Source of the DNA: Klebsiella phage YX3973
Direction: 5' to 3' (one strand)
Sequence record: MK327140.1
DNA length: 46,907 nt
A program made the translations under genes and the position numbers. Under the pieces are notes generated by a model. That model saw only the letters and a list, made by a program, of their open reading frames with translations, searched no databases and had not been told where the DNA came from. Shown piece after piece: positions 37,285-46,645 of this stretch (position 1 is the stretch's first letter; each line of letters starts with the position of its first letter).

Positions 37285-37625
37285 AACTACAACTTAACGA
37301 AATCATGGAAGCAACAATCAGCGAACTGGATGACATTGATATGACGCTTGCCTTTGAGATTGAGGCTATCGAGCGTCAGCTTTCTGGCAACCATGATGCA
37401 GGCAGAGTATGGAAAGAGAAGGCCATGAAGGCGCGTGACCATATGAAGCGCACCCGCGCGCTGGTTCGCACTCGCCTTGATAAGCTCTACTACGGCGAAG
37501 AGAGAATGTTGCATGGCGCCATTCTGGCTGAAATCCGCAAAACGATGCCTGTCGGGAAATTCATGGATGCCGTAAACCGCGCAAAAGTTAACTGCGGAAT
37601 GTTAAATAAGAATAGTCCTCAATAA
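37281..37625 (+). CDS. Hypothetical protein (114 aa)
   Basis: ORF track. Confidence 0.35.
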   Translation: MKLQLNEIMEATISELDDIDMTLAFEIEAIERQLSGNHDAGRVWKEKAMKARDHMKRTRALVRTRLDKLYYGEERMLHGAILAEIRKTMPVGKFMDAVNRAKVNCGMLNKNSPQ

Positions 37626-37807
37626 ATTATCTTCCGTGGCTGTTACCTTGCACTCAGGAGGTAGCAGCCATGCCAATCATACTGATATCATTCTTTGCTA
37701 CTCTTTTCGCTTTTACCGCGTCTCCGCTTTACCTTCTCGCGTCCGTTTCGTGGTGCATATTCATGGTGTGTTATAATCCGGGCATAAAGTAAGCGCGGAG
37801 AAAGGTC

Positions 37808-39211
37808 ATGATTGTCAAAATTGGCGACAAGTGGGTCGTTAAATCTAAGGATGGCTCGCACCAGTTTGGCGAGTACGACACCGAAGAGGCGGCGAAAAAG
37901 CGCCTTGCTGAGGTGGAGGCATTCAAGCACATGAATAATAAATTACAGGTTAACATCCTGTACACCATCAACTCGGCCGGCAACATCAGTGAAAAAATCA
38001 TTGATGGTGACCCGCATTATGTCATCAAGAATGTTGTGCCGGTGGTAGATGACATTGTCATGAATGGCGGCCTGTACCCTGGCGATGAGATTAAAAAATC
38101 ATTTCATGGCCTTGATGGTAAGCCGGCGCCATATGACCACCCGAAGATTGACGGTAAATATGTGTCGGCCAACATGACGCGAGCGGCCAATCAGTTCAGT
38201 GTTGGTGCATGGATTGAGAACTCATCTCATGACGGCAGCAAGGCGCTGGTAGACCTTTATATTAACAAGGTGGTAGCTGAGCGATCTGATAAAGGCAGGG
38301 AGTTACTATCGCGTATTGATGGCCTCAAAATTAACGGCGCCGATGCTGAACCTGTTCAGGTGTCTACCGGTTTGTTACTCAACCGCGAGCAGGCATCGGG
38401 AACCTCTAAGGGTAAAAAATATTCCTGGATTGCCCGAAATATGGAGTGGGACCACCTCGCCATTCTTCCTCCGGGTGTGCCTGGGGCGGGAACGCCAGAA
38501 GATGGAGTTGGTATTTTTGCCACCAATGGCGAAGACATTGAGCGTGTTGTAGTTAACCTTGAGGAATCGGCAATGCCAGACGAAAGTGCAAACAAAATCA
38601 AATGGTGGCGGCGTGCCATCAACTACATCACCAGAAATAGCGACCTGTCATTTGATGAGATTGCCGATCAGATACGTGGAAAAATAAAAGATGAGTTATC
38701 CCAGGATAGCTGGCCTTTTGTGTTTGCTGTTTATGATGATAAGTTTGGCGTTGAGATTGATGGCGTCAAGTATATGCAGTCCTACGTTATTATAAATGAT
38801 GTGGTACAATTAGTCGGTGAACGGGTTAAGGCTGTTTATAAGACAGAGCTTGAACCGGTAAAAACAACTCAAGGGGAAATCTCAATGACTAACGAGGAAT
38901 TACAGGCTGTATTAGCCGATGCCCTCAAACCGGTTCAGGAATCGTTGACCGCAGTCAACCAGAAACTGGCCGATGTGGAGGCGCAAAACAAAACTCTGCG
39001 CGACCAGCTGCAAGCCAATGCCGCACAGGAAGAAACCGCAATGCGCGCCGCCATTATGGCTGAGCTGAAGTTGCCGGAATCTGCTGTTAATGCGCTGACT
39101 GGCGAAGCACTGCGTGAAACCTATGCACTCACCAGTAAAGCGGCCCCTATTTCCGGCGGGTTCCAGCCGAACCGCGCCGAAGAAGATTTTGATATGGAGG
39201 CACCTGAATAA
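37808..39211 (+). CDS. Putative head maturation protease / scaffold protein (C-terminal coiled coil)
   Basis: 467 aa directly upstream of the decoration-like and capsid genes; coiled-coil C-terminal ~100 aa. Confidence 0.45.
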   Translation: MIVKIGDKWVVKSKDGSHQFGEYDTEEAAKKRLAEVEAFKHMNNKLQVNILYTINSAGNISEKIIDGDPHYVIKNVVPVVDDIVMNGGLYPGDEIKKSFHGLDGKPAPYDHPKIDGKYVSANMTRAANQFSVGAWIENSSHDGSKALVDLYINKVVAERSDKGRELLSRIDGLKINGADAEPVQVSTGLLLNREQASGTSKGKKYSWIARNMEWDHLAILPPGVPGAGTPEDGVGIFATNGEDIERVVVNLEESAMPDESANKIKWWRRAINYITRNSDLSFDEIADQIRGKIKDELSQDSWPFVFAVYDDKFGVEIDGVKYMQSYVIINDVVQLVGERVKAVYKTELEPVKTTQGEISMTNEELQAVLADALKPVQESLTAVNQKLADVEAQNKTLRDQLQANAAQEETAMRAAIMAELKLPESAVNALTGEALRETYALTSKAAPISGGFQPNRAEEDFDMEAPE

Positions 39212-39684
39212 TGGCTACTATCCGTTATGGCACCATCATCGGCGGCCCGGCCCGCAAAAATGACCCGCAGATTCGTGAAGGCATCATGAAGGCAGCGTTG
39301 AAGCCGGGCGCACTGGTTGACTTCGATACTGCCGATGACAAAATCATCGCACACGCTACCACTGGTGGTCAGGGTTTCCCTTATGTGCTCCAGCATAACT
39401 ACCTCGGTGGTGGTGATGTATCTGAAGATGTTCCCGCTGGCGCTACTGGCATGGCTGTGCAGTGTGAATTTGGCGTCACCTATCACGCACTGGTTGCTAA
39501 AAGCTCCGAATTGAAGAAAGGCACTCCGCTGGCAAGTGATGGCACTGGTGTGCTGAAAGTTGCCGCTAATAAGGAAAATATCCTGTTCTATTCCGATGAA
39601 ACTTATACCGTTGCCTCTGAGGGCGCTGAGCTGGTTGCAGTTCGTCGCGCTGGCAATGCTTCCATTCCTGCTGGAGAAATGTAA
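39211..39684 (+). CDS. Putative head decoration protein (gpD-like)
   Basis: 157 aa, Gly/Ala-rich beta protein between the scaffold and capsid genes. Confidence 0.4.
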   Translation: MATIRYGTIIGGPARKNDPQIREGIMKAALKPGALVDFDTADDKIIAHATTGGQGFPYVLQHNYLGGGDVSEDVPAGATGMAVQCEFGVTYHALVAKSSELKKGTPLASDGTGVLKVAANKENILFYSDETYTVASEGAELVAVRRAGNASIPAGEM

Positions 39685-40757
39685 TGGAAAAGATTATTTT
39701 TACCAAAGACTTGGTAGCCAACTCCGCAGTAGTGGCTGACCAGTGGAAACATCTGACCATCGACCGCAAGATGTTCTGCAATGCAGAGGCTGAGCTGGCG
39801 AAAACCTACGGTGTGAACGCCACCGCGCTGGTAACGAAAGATTACTGGCGCGACGTGGATAACGTCACCACCCGCGTTTTCCGCAACGAAGCTGGTCAGG
39901 ATATGATGGCTGACCTGATGGGCATCGCGGCAAACATCAATATCGGTAAGACTGTAGCAATCAGCCGCATTGCTTCCGATGCTGGTAAGGTCGTCCGCAC
40001 ACTGTCTGGTCAGGAACCGGAAGATTTGGATAAAACTCGCTACGATTACACTGGCGATGTGATTCCAATCTTTAAGACTGGATACAGCCGCGAATGGCGC
40101 GAACTGCTGGGTATGCAATCTGAAGGTTTTGACCCGCTGCTGGATGACCAGGCTAACGTCACCTTCAACCTGCGTTCCGATATGGCGCAGTACCTGCTGA
40201 CCGGCGACCAGACTCTGAACGTGAACGGCGTGTACACTGGTTACGGTATCACCAACCACCCGAACACCATTCAGGTTAACCTGAGCACCGATTCCCTCGG
40301 CCTGAATATCGACCTGCAAACCGCAACGCCAGATGAAATCGTGACCTTCTTCAATCAGGATTTCCAGGCTATTCTGGATGCGCAGAACGTATTTGAGCAG
40401 GTGACTCTGTGGGTTTCCCCGGCAGTGCGCCGCAGCTTCATGCGTCCGTATTCTGATGCTGCTGGCTTTAAAGGTGGCACCGTTGAGCAGTACATCACTC
40501 AGTTCGGCAATGGCCGCATCGGTAAGATTGGCACCAACTTCCTGCTGACTGGCAACCATTTCGTTGGTTACGTTCGCAACGACATGTACATCCGTCCGCG
40601 TGTTGCTCAGCCTGTTTCCACCTATGCGGCAGCCCGCGCCAACCCGCACGATAACTTTAACTTCCTCGTGTGGTCTGCTTTTGGTCTGCAGATTCGTAAG
40701 GATGCTACCGGCAAGTCCAGAGTGTTCAACGGCTACGGCACACAAACTCCGCGGTAA
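39684..40757 (+). CDS. Major capsid protein
   Basis: 357 aa; position; ATGA overlap with the upstream gene; strong terminator downstream. Confidence 0.7.
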   Translation: MEKIIFTKDLVANSAVVADQWKHLTIDRKMFCNAEAELAKTYGVNATALVTKDYWRDVDNVTTRVFRNEAGQDMMADLMGIAANINIGKTVAISRIASDAGKVVRTLSGQEPEDLDKTRYDYTGDVIPIFKTGYSREWRELLGMQSEGFDPLLDDQANVTFNLRSDMAQYLLTGDQTLNVNGVYTGYGITNHPNTIQVNLSTDSLGLNIDLQTATPDEIVTFFNQDFQAILDAQNVFEQVTLWVSPAVRRSFMRPYSDAAGFKGGTVEQYITQFGNGRIGKIGTNFLLTGNHFVGYVRNDMYIRPRVAQPVSTYAAARANPHDNFNFLVWSAFGLQIRKDATGKSRVFNGYGTQTPR

Positions 40758-40762
40758 TAGAA

Positions 40763-40780
40763 AGGGGCGAAAGCCCCTTT
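40763..40780 (+). terminator. Hairpin AGGGGC-gaaa-GCCCCT followed by a T-tract, after the capsid gene
   Basis: Read directly. Confidence 0.5.
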
Positions 40781-40798
40781 GTGAATTTGAGGTGAATA

Positions 40799-40996
40799 AT
40801 GACTAAGTACGAAGTCATCGCACGCGGAATCTTTGTTAAAGAGAAAGGCAAGATTCGTGAATTGCAGCTTGGCGAGGTTATCACGGAACCTGCTGAACAT
40901 CTGATGTCAAAACTGCGCGTCATGCCAGAACTGGAAAAGTCTTTCGAAGTCGCAACCCCGCAAGAAAAGACGACAAAGAAAAAGAAAGCAGAGTAA
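40799..40996 (+). CDS. Hypothetical protein (65 aa)
   Basis: ORF track. Confidence 0.35.
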   Translation: MTKYEVIARGIFVKEKGKIRELQLGEVITEPAEHLMSKLRVMPELEKSFEVATPQEKTTKKKKAE

Positions 40997-41002
40997 ACTA
41001 AA

Positions 41003-41026
41003 CCCGCATTATGCGGGTTTTTTATT
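41003..41026. terminator. Rho-independent terminator (aaacccgcattatgcgggtttttt)
   Basis: Read directly. Confidence 0.55.
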
Positions 41027-41058
41027 GGGGGTTTCTATGGCTGTAAGATAAAAGAAAA

Positions 41059-41080
41059 GCCCCGTTGCGGGGCTTTTGAT
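41059..41080. terminator. Second terminator, bidirectional (aaaagccccgttgcggggctttt), ending the leftward ParB-methylase-clamp operon
   Basis: Read directly. Confidence 0.5.
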
Positions 41081-41082
41081 TT

Positions 41083-41619
41083 CTACAGACGCATAGGCAT
41101 AACAACAATCTTCGCATTCTCGCCAGATGGCGCACTAAGACAGCAAACTGCGGCATTTGTATTCCCATTCAATTCAAACTTAACGCCACAGAATTTAGGA
41201 TTAAACAGCCTGGCCACTTTCTCAACGTCAACCAGATAGCCAGCATTGAAGCCAATTTCCTCTGCTGCTTTCGTTCCCTTTGGTATCACGCAGTCAATGT
41301 CAGGGAATCTGCCGTCAATCTCTTCGCAGATGCCAGCGCCAACCATCACGCCAGCTTCATCATGATACGTTGCAATTTTCGACTTGGTATCAATGATGGC
41401 GTAGTCATAGCGTTTTGTTGGAGGTTTGCCAATCTTGATGATCACATTTTCCGTCAACTTATTTTCATGATTGCCGCCAATGAATGCGCGATGACCGTCA
41501 GTAGCGGCAACTCGACCATCAGGCATAAAGCAAATGCCATTCAGGTAGTAGCGCACATCGTTGCGTGCCTGAAATATTAATGCTGATTCAAGTAATAGTT
41601 TGTTGATTTTTAGTTTCAT
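41083..41619 (-). CDS. Truncated beta sliding clamp (DnaN) homologue, 178 aa from ATG 41619: domain II plus the C-terminal part of domain III
   Basis: QARNDVRYYLNGICF..AATDGHRAF, IDGRFPDIDCVIPKG, EIGFNAGYLVDV and C-terminal IVVMPMRL match E. coli DnaN QDVRYYLNGMLF..ATDGHRLA, VDGRFPDYRRVLPKN, EIGFNVSYVLDV and YVVMPMRL, in the same order; GGTGA RBS. Confidence 0.6.
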   Translation of the reverse strand: MKLKINKLLLESALIFQARNDVRYYLNGICFMPDGRVAATDGHRAFIGGNHENKLTENVIIKIGKPPTKRYDYAIIDTKSKIATYHDEAGVMVGAGICEEIDGRFPDIDCVIPKGTKAAEEIGFNAGYLVDVEKVARLFNPKFCGVKFELNGNTNAAVCCLSAPSGENAKIVVMPMRL

Positions 41620-41792
41620 CACTTCACCTTTATCATGTGTTGTTTTGCAACCTTCAGGCATTCATCGAAAATCTTGCCATTCTTTTCACTCTGGTTGCTC
41701 CTGTAGTGGGTAATTGCGGCCTCTATAGCCGCGTTGTCGATGCCTGGCAGTTTTTCGCGCAGGTTTTTCTCTATGAATTGCTCGGGGTTCAT
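41620..41792 (-). CDS. Small 57-aa protein
   Basis: GAGGT RBS; stop overlaps the clamp-homologue ATG. Confidence 0.3.
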
Positions 41793-41802
41793 TAAACTGA
41801 CC

Positions 41803-42315
41803 TCATGAATGCTTTAATGAATTCCGCTGCGACTTGCGTAGATATTCCACTGCTTTAAAAAGCAACACTTCATCGTCCTTGATTACTCCAAGCATATGGT
41901 TGCATCCCCGACACAGTAACCCCCTGACCTTACCTGAAGCGTGACAGTGGTCAACGTGCAGTTGATGAGAATATCTTTCACCGGGTTCATCTCCGCATAT
42001 GGCGCATCTGCCTCCTTGAGAATCCAGCATCTCGACATATTCTTCTTTGCTAATCCCGTACTTTCTTTTTATGTGTCTCCACCTATCTCTATCTTCATTA
42101 ACGCCGTACCTCTCCTTTTCGTAATTCGGATTTTTATCTCGCCATTCCTTTGTTTTCTTCGTTCTGCACTTAGTACATTTTGAGGTGTAACTTCCCCTGC
42201 GCTTATCAAACGTAAACTCGGAAATAGGTTTTTCTTCGGCGCACTCAGAACAAGTCTTCAATAGCCCCTCTGAAAGCGGCGATGAATTCGGCAGCGCACT
42301 GGGGTACGATTGCAT
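41803..42315 (-). CDS. HNH endonuclease, Endo VII-like, with N-terminal CxxC zinc finger (start position uncertain)
   Basis: C-terminal GRCAICGDEPGERYSHQLHVDHCHASGKVRGLLCRGCN; only the C-terminal ~170 aa of the 449-aa ORF are plausible. Confidence 0.5.
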   Translation of the reverse strand: MQSYPSALPNSSPLSEGLLKTCSECAEEKPISEFTFDKRRGSYTSKCTKCRTKKTKEWRDKNPNYEKERYGVNEDRDRWRHIKRKYGISKEEYVEMLDSQGGRCAICGDEPGERYSHQLHVDHCHASGKVRGLLCRGCNHMLGVIKDDEVLLFKAVEYLRKSQRNSLKHS

Positions 42316-43243
42316 TGCCGTATCCTCTGAGGCGGGCAACGCGCGCCGGGATGTCTTTTCCAAGCGGGAATCCGATTTCTTCAAAGGCTGCTGCAACGCA
42401 CGGATCGCCGCTATGTCCCATTCCACCGGGAACCCCATCAACCATCTGCTGTGTCCAGGCCTCAACTGGCCTGAACTTTCCATCCCGGCATCCGATCCAG
42501 TCAGCATCTGACCAGAAGCCGTGATGCGGATTGGTCCAACCTTCCACACTTCCCGCCCCAGCAGGCTGCTTGTAGGCACGTTCAAGCATTCCTTCCCATC
42601 CTTGTGGTCGCGTGTCGTTGGCGTCGGCCACGCGGCCAGCTTCGCCTGTCCGGGTAGCTTCAGGCATATCTTTCTGTCCTTCCCGCTGTAGCAATGCGTG
42701 CTGCCGGTTGTGTCGTTTACTATTGGTGTCGCCCAGTTGCCGCGCTCCAAAGAACAGCCTGTCTCTTTTGTGCGGGGCACCGACGCTGCCCGCTGGCAAT
42801 ACTGCCGACCCGCAGGCGTAGCCTTTGTCTTCCAAGTTAAGGAATACAAAATCGAGCCAGTGCTTTCCAATTGCTGCCGCAACCTGCTCTCCAAACAGCA
42901 ATTGAGGCTTGCACTCTCTGATGAGCCTGAGAAATGCTGGGGCAAGGTGCCGCTCGTCGTCAAATCCGAGAGACTTACCGGCAACGCTAAACGGCTGGCA
43001 AGGTGGTGATCCTGTCCAGAGCTGAGTGCTTGCTGGTATTCCAGCCAACTGGAGTGCAAGGGGCCACCCTCCGATTCCGGCAAAGAAGTGACACTGTGTA
43101 AATCCTTCCAGGTCTGAAGGGGTGACTTCGGTGATTGATCGTTCATCGACATATCCGTAAGGAATTAGTTTATTGTTAATTAACTCTCGCAGCCACGCCG
43201 CTGCACTTGCGTCCCATTCGTTGTAGTAGCTGGCTGTCATCAC
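42245..43243 (-). CDS. DNA (cytosine-5)-methyltransferase (Dcm-like)
   Basis: Motif I FAGIGG, motif IV SPPCQPFS, motif VI LFGEQV, motif X GYGNAIVP. Confidence 0.8.
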   Translation of the reverse strand: MMTASYYNEWDASAAAWLRELINNKLIPYGYVDERSITEVTPSDLEGFTQCHFFAGIGGWPLALQLAGIPASTQLWTGSPPCQPFSVAGKSLGFDDERHLAPAFLRLIRECKPQLLFGEQVAAAIGKHWLDFVFLNLEDKGYACGSAVLPAGSVGAPHKRDRLFFGARQLGDTNSKRHNRQHALLQREGQKDMPEATRTGEAGRVADANDTRPQGWEGMLERAYKQPAGAGSVEGWTNPHHGFWSDADWIGCRDGKFRPVEAWTQQMVDGVPGGMGHSGDPCVAAAFEEIGFPLGKDIPARVARLRGYGNAIVPQCAAEFIAAFRGAIEDLF

Positions 43244-44055
43244 AGCTTCTCCAGAATAGCCAGGACTTCACTCAACTCAGCGGAAGGAAGGCGCAAAAAT
43301 TCTTCTGTCTCCTGTGCCACATGACCCTCAGCGACAACCATATGGTCTGCTTCTTTCAGCAACTGAATCAGGCGGTCAATCGGCTTAACTTTTTTGGCCT
43401 TGAGCGTTTTAGCCGTCACCTTATCTTTGCCCTGCGCTTTCGCTTCCTCAACGGCGGCATCAATAACGTTAACGGCATCATCGCCATGCTCACGTGCGAC
43501 CGCAACGGCGTTGGCATAGCTGATTTGGCCTGCATTGATACGCTGCTTGATGGCATCAGGTACGTCACCAAGTGACAGGTGCATCTGCACATCAGAAACT
43601 GAGCGACCGACCTTCTTGGCGATTTCTTCATTCGTCCACCCGAACCCTTTGAGGCGCACATAAGCCTTTGCACGCTCAAGCGGGTCGAGTTGCTTGCCCT
43701 GACTTGAAGACACCATGAAGGCGATTTTATCCGCCTCATCGCCGGTGAAGTCTTTGCACTCAATTCGCGCAATTGGCACGCCGCGCTCAATGGCACGCAG
43801 TGCTCCAAGGTAACGATGCTGGCCGTCAAGAATCTTGATGCGCTTTCCGTCGGCATCAGGAATAACAGTTAACGCCGGGATTGGCTGCCCTGATTCCCAA
43901 CACTGCGCGAAGTATTCAACGTGCTGCTCATCGGCTTCGCGGATGTTGTACCCCGGCTCAAGGTAAAGCTGGTCGACAGGGACCTGATAACCTTTGTTGA
44001 CCACGATTCCGCCGCGAGTTTCTTTGTCTGAGTAAATTTTTCCGAGAGATGTCAT
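43240..44055 (-). CDS. ParB N-terminal-domain (ParB/Srx-like nuclease) protein
   Basis: ILDGQHRY motif; GAGGGAAAG RBS before ATG 44055; ATGA overlap with the methylase. Confidence 0.6.
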   Translation of the reverse strand: MTSLGKIYSDKETRGGIVVNKGYQVPVDQLYLEPGYNIREADEQHVEYFAQCWESGQPIPALTVIPDADGKRIKILDGQHRYLGALRAIERGVPIARIECKDFTGDEADKIAFMVSSSQGKQLDPLERAKAYVRLKGFGWTNEEIAKKVGRSVSDVQMHLSLGDVPDAIKQRINAGQISYANAVAVAREHGDDAVNVIDAAVEEAKAQGKDKVTAKTLKAKKVKPIDRLIQLLKEADHMVVAEGHVAQETEEFLRLPSAELSEVLAILEKL

Positions 44056-44062
44056 CTTTCCC

Positions 44063-44179
44063 TCACTTTGATAAACAGATTGCACTGGCAATGGCGAATC
44101 CGATAACGATTAACGCCAGCTTGATTTTGAACTTATCCCACGCCTTCAGGTCTTCTTTTCGTATTTCGTTGCGGATCAT
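44063..44179 (-). CDS. Small 38-aa single-TM peptide
   Basis: GGAGAA RBS; ATGA overlap with the upstream gene; hydrophobic LALIVIGFAIASAI. Confidence 0.3.
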   Translation of the reverse strand: MIRNEIRKEDLKAWDKFKIKLALIVIGFAIASAICLSK

Positions 44180-44475
44180 TTTGATTCTCCGAGTGCTTTT
44201 TTGATAGCTTCTCGTGCGATGGTTATTGCATGCTCTGGCCCATATTCTTCATCATCTGCAACTCTAACTAATAAACCCTTCAACGCTTCCAGTAATTCCG
44301 GAGCAGCGGCAATCAGGTCAGCATCTTCGCGCCGATATACTGTGTCACAAATGCATTCACCGTCAGTGCCGAAAGTCACCTCGAGGTGTACAAGTGCAGG
44401 ATTGTTCCAGTGTTTCCCAATAGTGTTTACACGCCATGGCCCCGGCGTACCTTTGAATTCATTCATCCTCATCAC
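44176..44475 (-). CDS. Hypothetical protein (99 aa), first gene of the leftward accessory operon
   Basis: ORF track. Confidence 0.4.
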   Translation of the reverse strand: MMRMNEFKGTPGPWRVNTIGKHWNNPALVHLEVTFGTDGECICDTVYRREDADLIAAAPELLEALKGLLVRVADDEEYGPEHAITIAREAIKKALGESK

Positions 44476-44494
44476 CTCTAACGTTTATTGTTGT

Positions 44495-44552
44495 TTCTAC
44501 GTCATCACTATAGCGACACCCTCAATCTACGTCAACACTTTATGATAAAATT
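44495..44552. promoter_or_regulatory. Divergent regulatory region: degenerate 12-mer TTTCTACGTCAT (44495-44506), canonical AATCTACGTCAA (44524-44535), + strand extended -10 TGATAAAAT
   Basis: Same architecture as 33170-33221. Confidence 0.4.
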
Positions 44553-44696
44553 AAACCAACAAAACTCAACCCGCGCTGTTCCGTGCTGAAAAACGTAAGG
44601 CGGCGAAATTGGATATAGCAATCGGCGTTATCGTCATGGCGCTTTCGCTGGTTCAGGTGTACAGATGCTGGAAGTTCATCATTCGGAGAATAATTA

Positions 44697-44984
44697 ATGA
44701 GAGACGCGCTTCAGCACGCCGCAAACCAGATAATTAGTGGCACTGTCGGCCAGGTAATCGACAAAGCCGGTTACACATCCATCGGTACAGGTCTTGGCCT
44801 GAAGGTGGCAGAGCAGACGCCGGTCGCACAATCATACATTGCCTCAATGATCCCCCACTCGATTACCGAGTGGGCAGCGGTAGCCTCTATACTTGGCGCG
44901 CTGTCACTGGTGGCAAAAAACCTTTTTGAGATGTGGTGGAAGATTCGGGAGAGCAAAAAGAATGGCAGCACCGACAGCAAGTGA
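44697..44984 (+). CDS. Hypothetical protein (95 aa)
   Basis: ORF track. Confidence 0.35.
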   Translation: MRDALQHAANQIISGTVGQVIDKAGYTSIGTGLGLKVAEQTPVAQSYIASMIPHSITEWAAVASILGALSLVAKNLFEMWWKIRESKKNGSTDSK

Positions 44985-45354
44985 ACTTGTCGCCGCCATG
45001 GCGTCAAGAGGCGTGACTATCACCACAGCAGACGCAACGGGAATCCTGTGTCTGGTGGCGAGCATCACAGAGTGTCTTGAGCTTAATTACCCTGAAGACA
45101 CATGTAGGCAGGATGCAATTCTGCTATGGGCCTCAATCCTTATCGCCTCAAATACAGCCGGAAGATACATAACCAGCCACCGGGCGCCATCTGGTGCGTC
45201 GCAGTCATTTGGCTATGGCAGTAAGCCGTGGATGGCCCTTTACAATCAGATGAAGCTACTCGATACGGCAGACTGCACAGGCGACCTTGTGGAAGAGCCT
45301 GATGGGGCAGCAAAGCCGTGGTTTCGTGTTGTCACCGGGAGTAAGTGCAGATGA
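44962..45354 (+). CDS. Putative head-tail connector / adaptor protein (start at ATG 44962 with GGAGAG RBS)
   Basis: Position between the head and tail modules; the genome appears to run circularly from 46907 into 1. Confidence 0.35.
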   Translation: MAAPTASELVAAMASRGVTITTADATGILCLVASITECLELNYPEDTCRQDAILLWASILIASNTAGRYITSHRAPSGASQSFGYGSKPWMALYNQMKLLDTADCTGDLVEEPDGAAKPWFRVVTGSKCR

Positions 45355-45472
45355 AAACGTCAACATTAACTGTAAATATCGCAATCCGTAAATGGTGCAT
45401 GCCGCTGCTGGTTATTCTGGTATTGCTGCGCCTTCCTGTTCCGCGCTGGATTTATACTCTTGAGGCCGCACC

Positions 45473-45817
45473 ATGTCAGCGATAGCGAGATGGAGCTATA
45501 CGCAGCCATGCACAATCTGGCGGCTTACTGGCAAGGATAAGTATGGCAAGCCAACATTCGCCGCGCCAGAGTCCATCATGTGTGATTATGGCTTCGATAA
45601 GAATCTGACCACCGGCACAGCTGGCAATGAGATTGCACAGAAAAACACATTCTGGACGGAATACCAGGATGCGTCTGTTGGCGACTTCATCATGCTTGGC
45701 ACCATTACCAGTGCTGACCCTTTGGCTGCCGGAGCTGACCAGATTAGAAACGTCGTGAATTACGGCAATACACTAAATCGCAACGACCTTCCTGATTTTG
45801 CGCTGGTAACGGGGTAA
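45473..45817 (+). CDS. Putative head-tail joining protein
   Basis: ORF track; position. Confidence 0.35.
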   Translation: MSAIARWSYTQPCTIWRLTGKDKYGKPTFAAPESIMCDYGFDKNLTTGTAGNEIAQKNTFWTEYQDASVGDFIMLGTITSADPLAAGADQIRNVVNYGNTLNRNDLPDFALVTG

Positions 45818-45820
45818 TGT

Positions 45821-46237
45821 ATGGCCGCCAAAATGAGAGGTATCCAGCAGGCGATTAAGCGCACCCAGCAGATAGTCGGTGAGATTACTGGTGAGAAGGC
45901 GGTATCAGCAATAAAAGCCGCCAACTACATCATCAGGACTGAATCGGCCTCCATGACGCCAGTAGCCACGTCAACGCTGATAAACAGCCAGTATGATACC
46001 GTTGAGGTTAATGGCACCAGGATAACTGGCAGGATTGGCTATTCTGCCAACTACGCCCTGTATGTCCACAATGCACCAGGCAAACTGCTGGGTACGAACA
46101 CGCCACGCACAGGGCGGCTCAAAGGGAAGGGTAACGTGTGGGATAAGAGTGGCGAGCCTAAATTCCTTCTCAAGGCTGGCGAAAACACACGCGAGCTTGT
46201 CGATCAGGTAATTAAAAAAGAGATGGCGCTAAAATGA
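45821..46237 (+). CDS. Putative tail completion / neck protein
   Basis: ORF track; position. Confidence 0.35.
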   Translation: MAAKMRGIQQAIKRTQQIVGEITGEKAVSAIKAANYIIRTESASMTPVATSTLINSQYDTVEVNGTRITGRIGYSANYALYVHNAPGKLLGTNTPRTGRLKGKGNVWDKSGEPKFLLKAGENTRELVDQVIKKEMALK

Positions 46238-46617
46238 GAGATATGCTTGAGCTTGTTGACCAGTACCTTAGCGATGCCGGTCTTTATGATGGGTGGACTT
46301 CTCAGCTTGAGTTCTGGAACGATACCGAAGTTGGCACAGACCGGTTTATGGTGCTGCAATCCAATGGTGGTACGAACGTAAGCAAAGACCTCAGCAATGA
46401 TTATTATTTTTCGCTCTATGTTGTCGGCCAGCAGGGTCAGTACAACATCGAGGAGACAAAAGCAAAAGCGCTTGATGTCATCGCATACATCAAGGAGCAT
46501 CCCGTTGATAGCTGCATTGGTATGATTCAGCTACAGGCGCCGCTTGGTCGCCCCACGCTTACGACAGAGAAAAGGCCTGTTTATGAGTTGCTGCTGAGGG
46601 TTGTTTTTGGTGAATAA
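46234..46617 (+). CDS. Putative tail terminator / neck protein
   Basis: ORF track; ATGA overlap; terminator follows. Confidence 0.35.
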   Translation: MRDMLELVDQYLSDAGLYDGWTSQLEFWNDTEVGTDRFMVLQSNGGTNVSKDLSNDYYFSLYVVGQQGQYNIEETKAKALDVIAYIKEHPVDSCIGMIQLQAPLGRPTLTTEKRPVYELLLRVVFGE

Positions 46618-46645
46618 AAAAGGCCGCTGATGCGCGGCTTTTAAT
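46618..46645. terminator. Rho-independent terminator (aaaaaggccgctgatgcgcggcttttaat)
   Basis: Read directly. Confidence 0.5.

Noticed and set aside
42316-43152. N-terminal ~280 aa of the 449-aa - strand ORF overlapping the Dcm methylase in another frame
   Set aside because: Pro/Ser-rich low-complexity translation, fully nested in a gene with all methyltransferase motifs; only the C-terminal HNH part is plausible.
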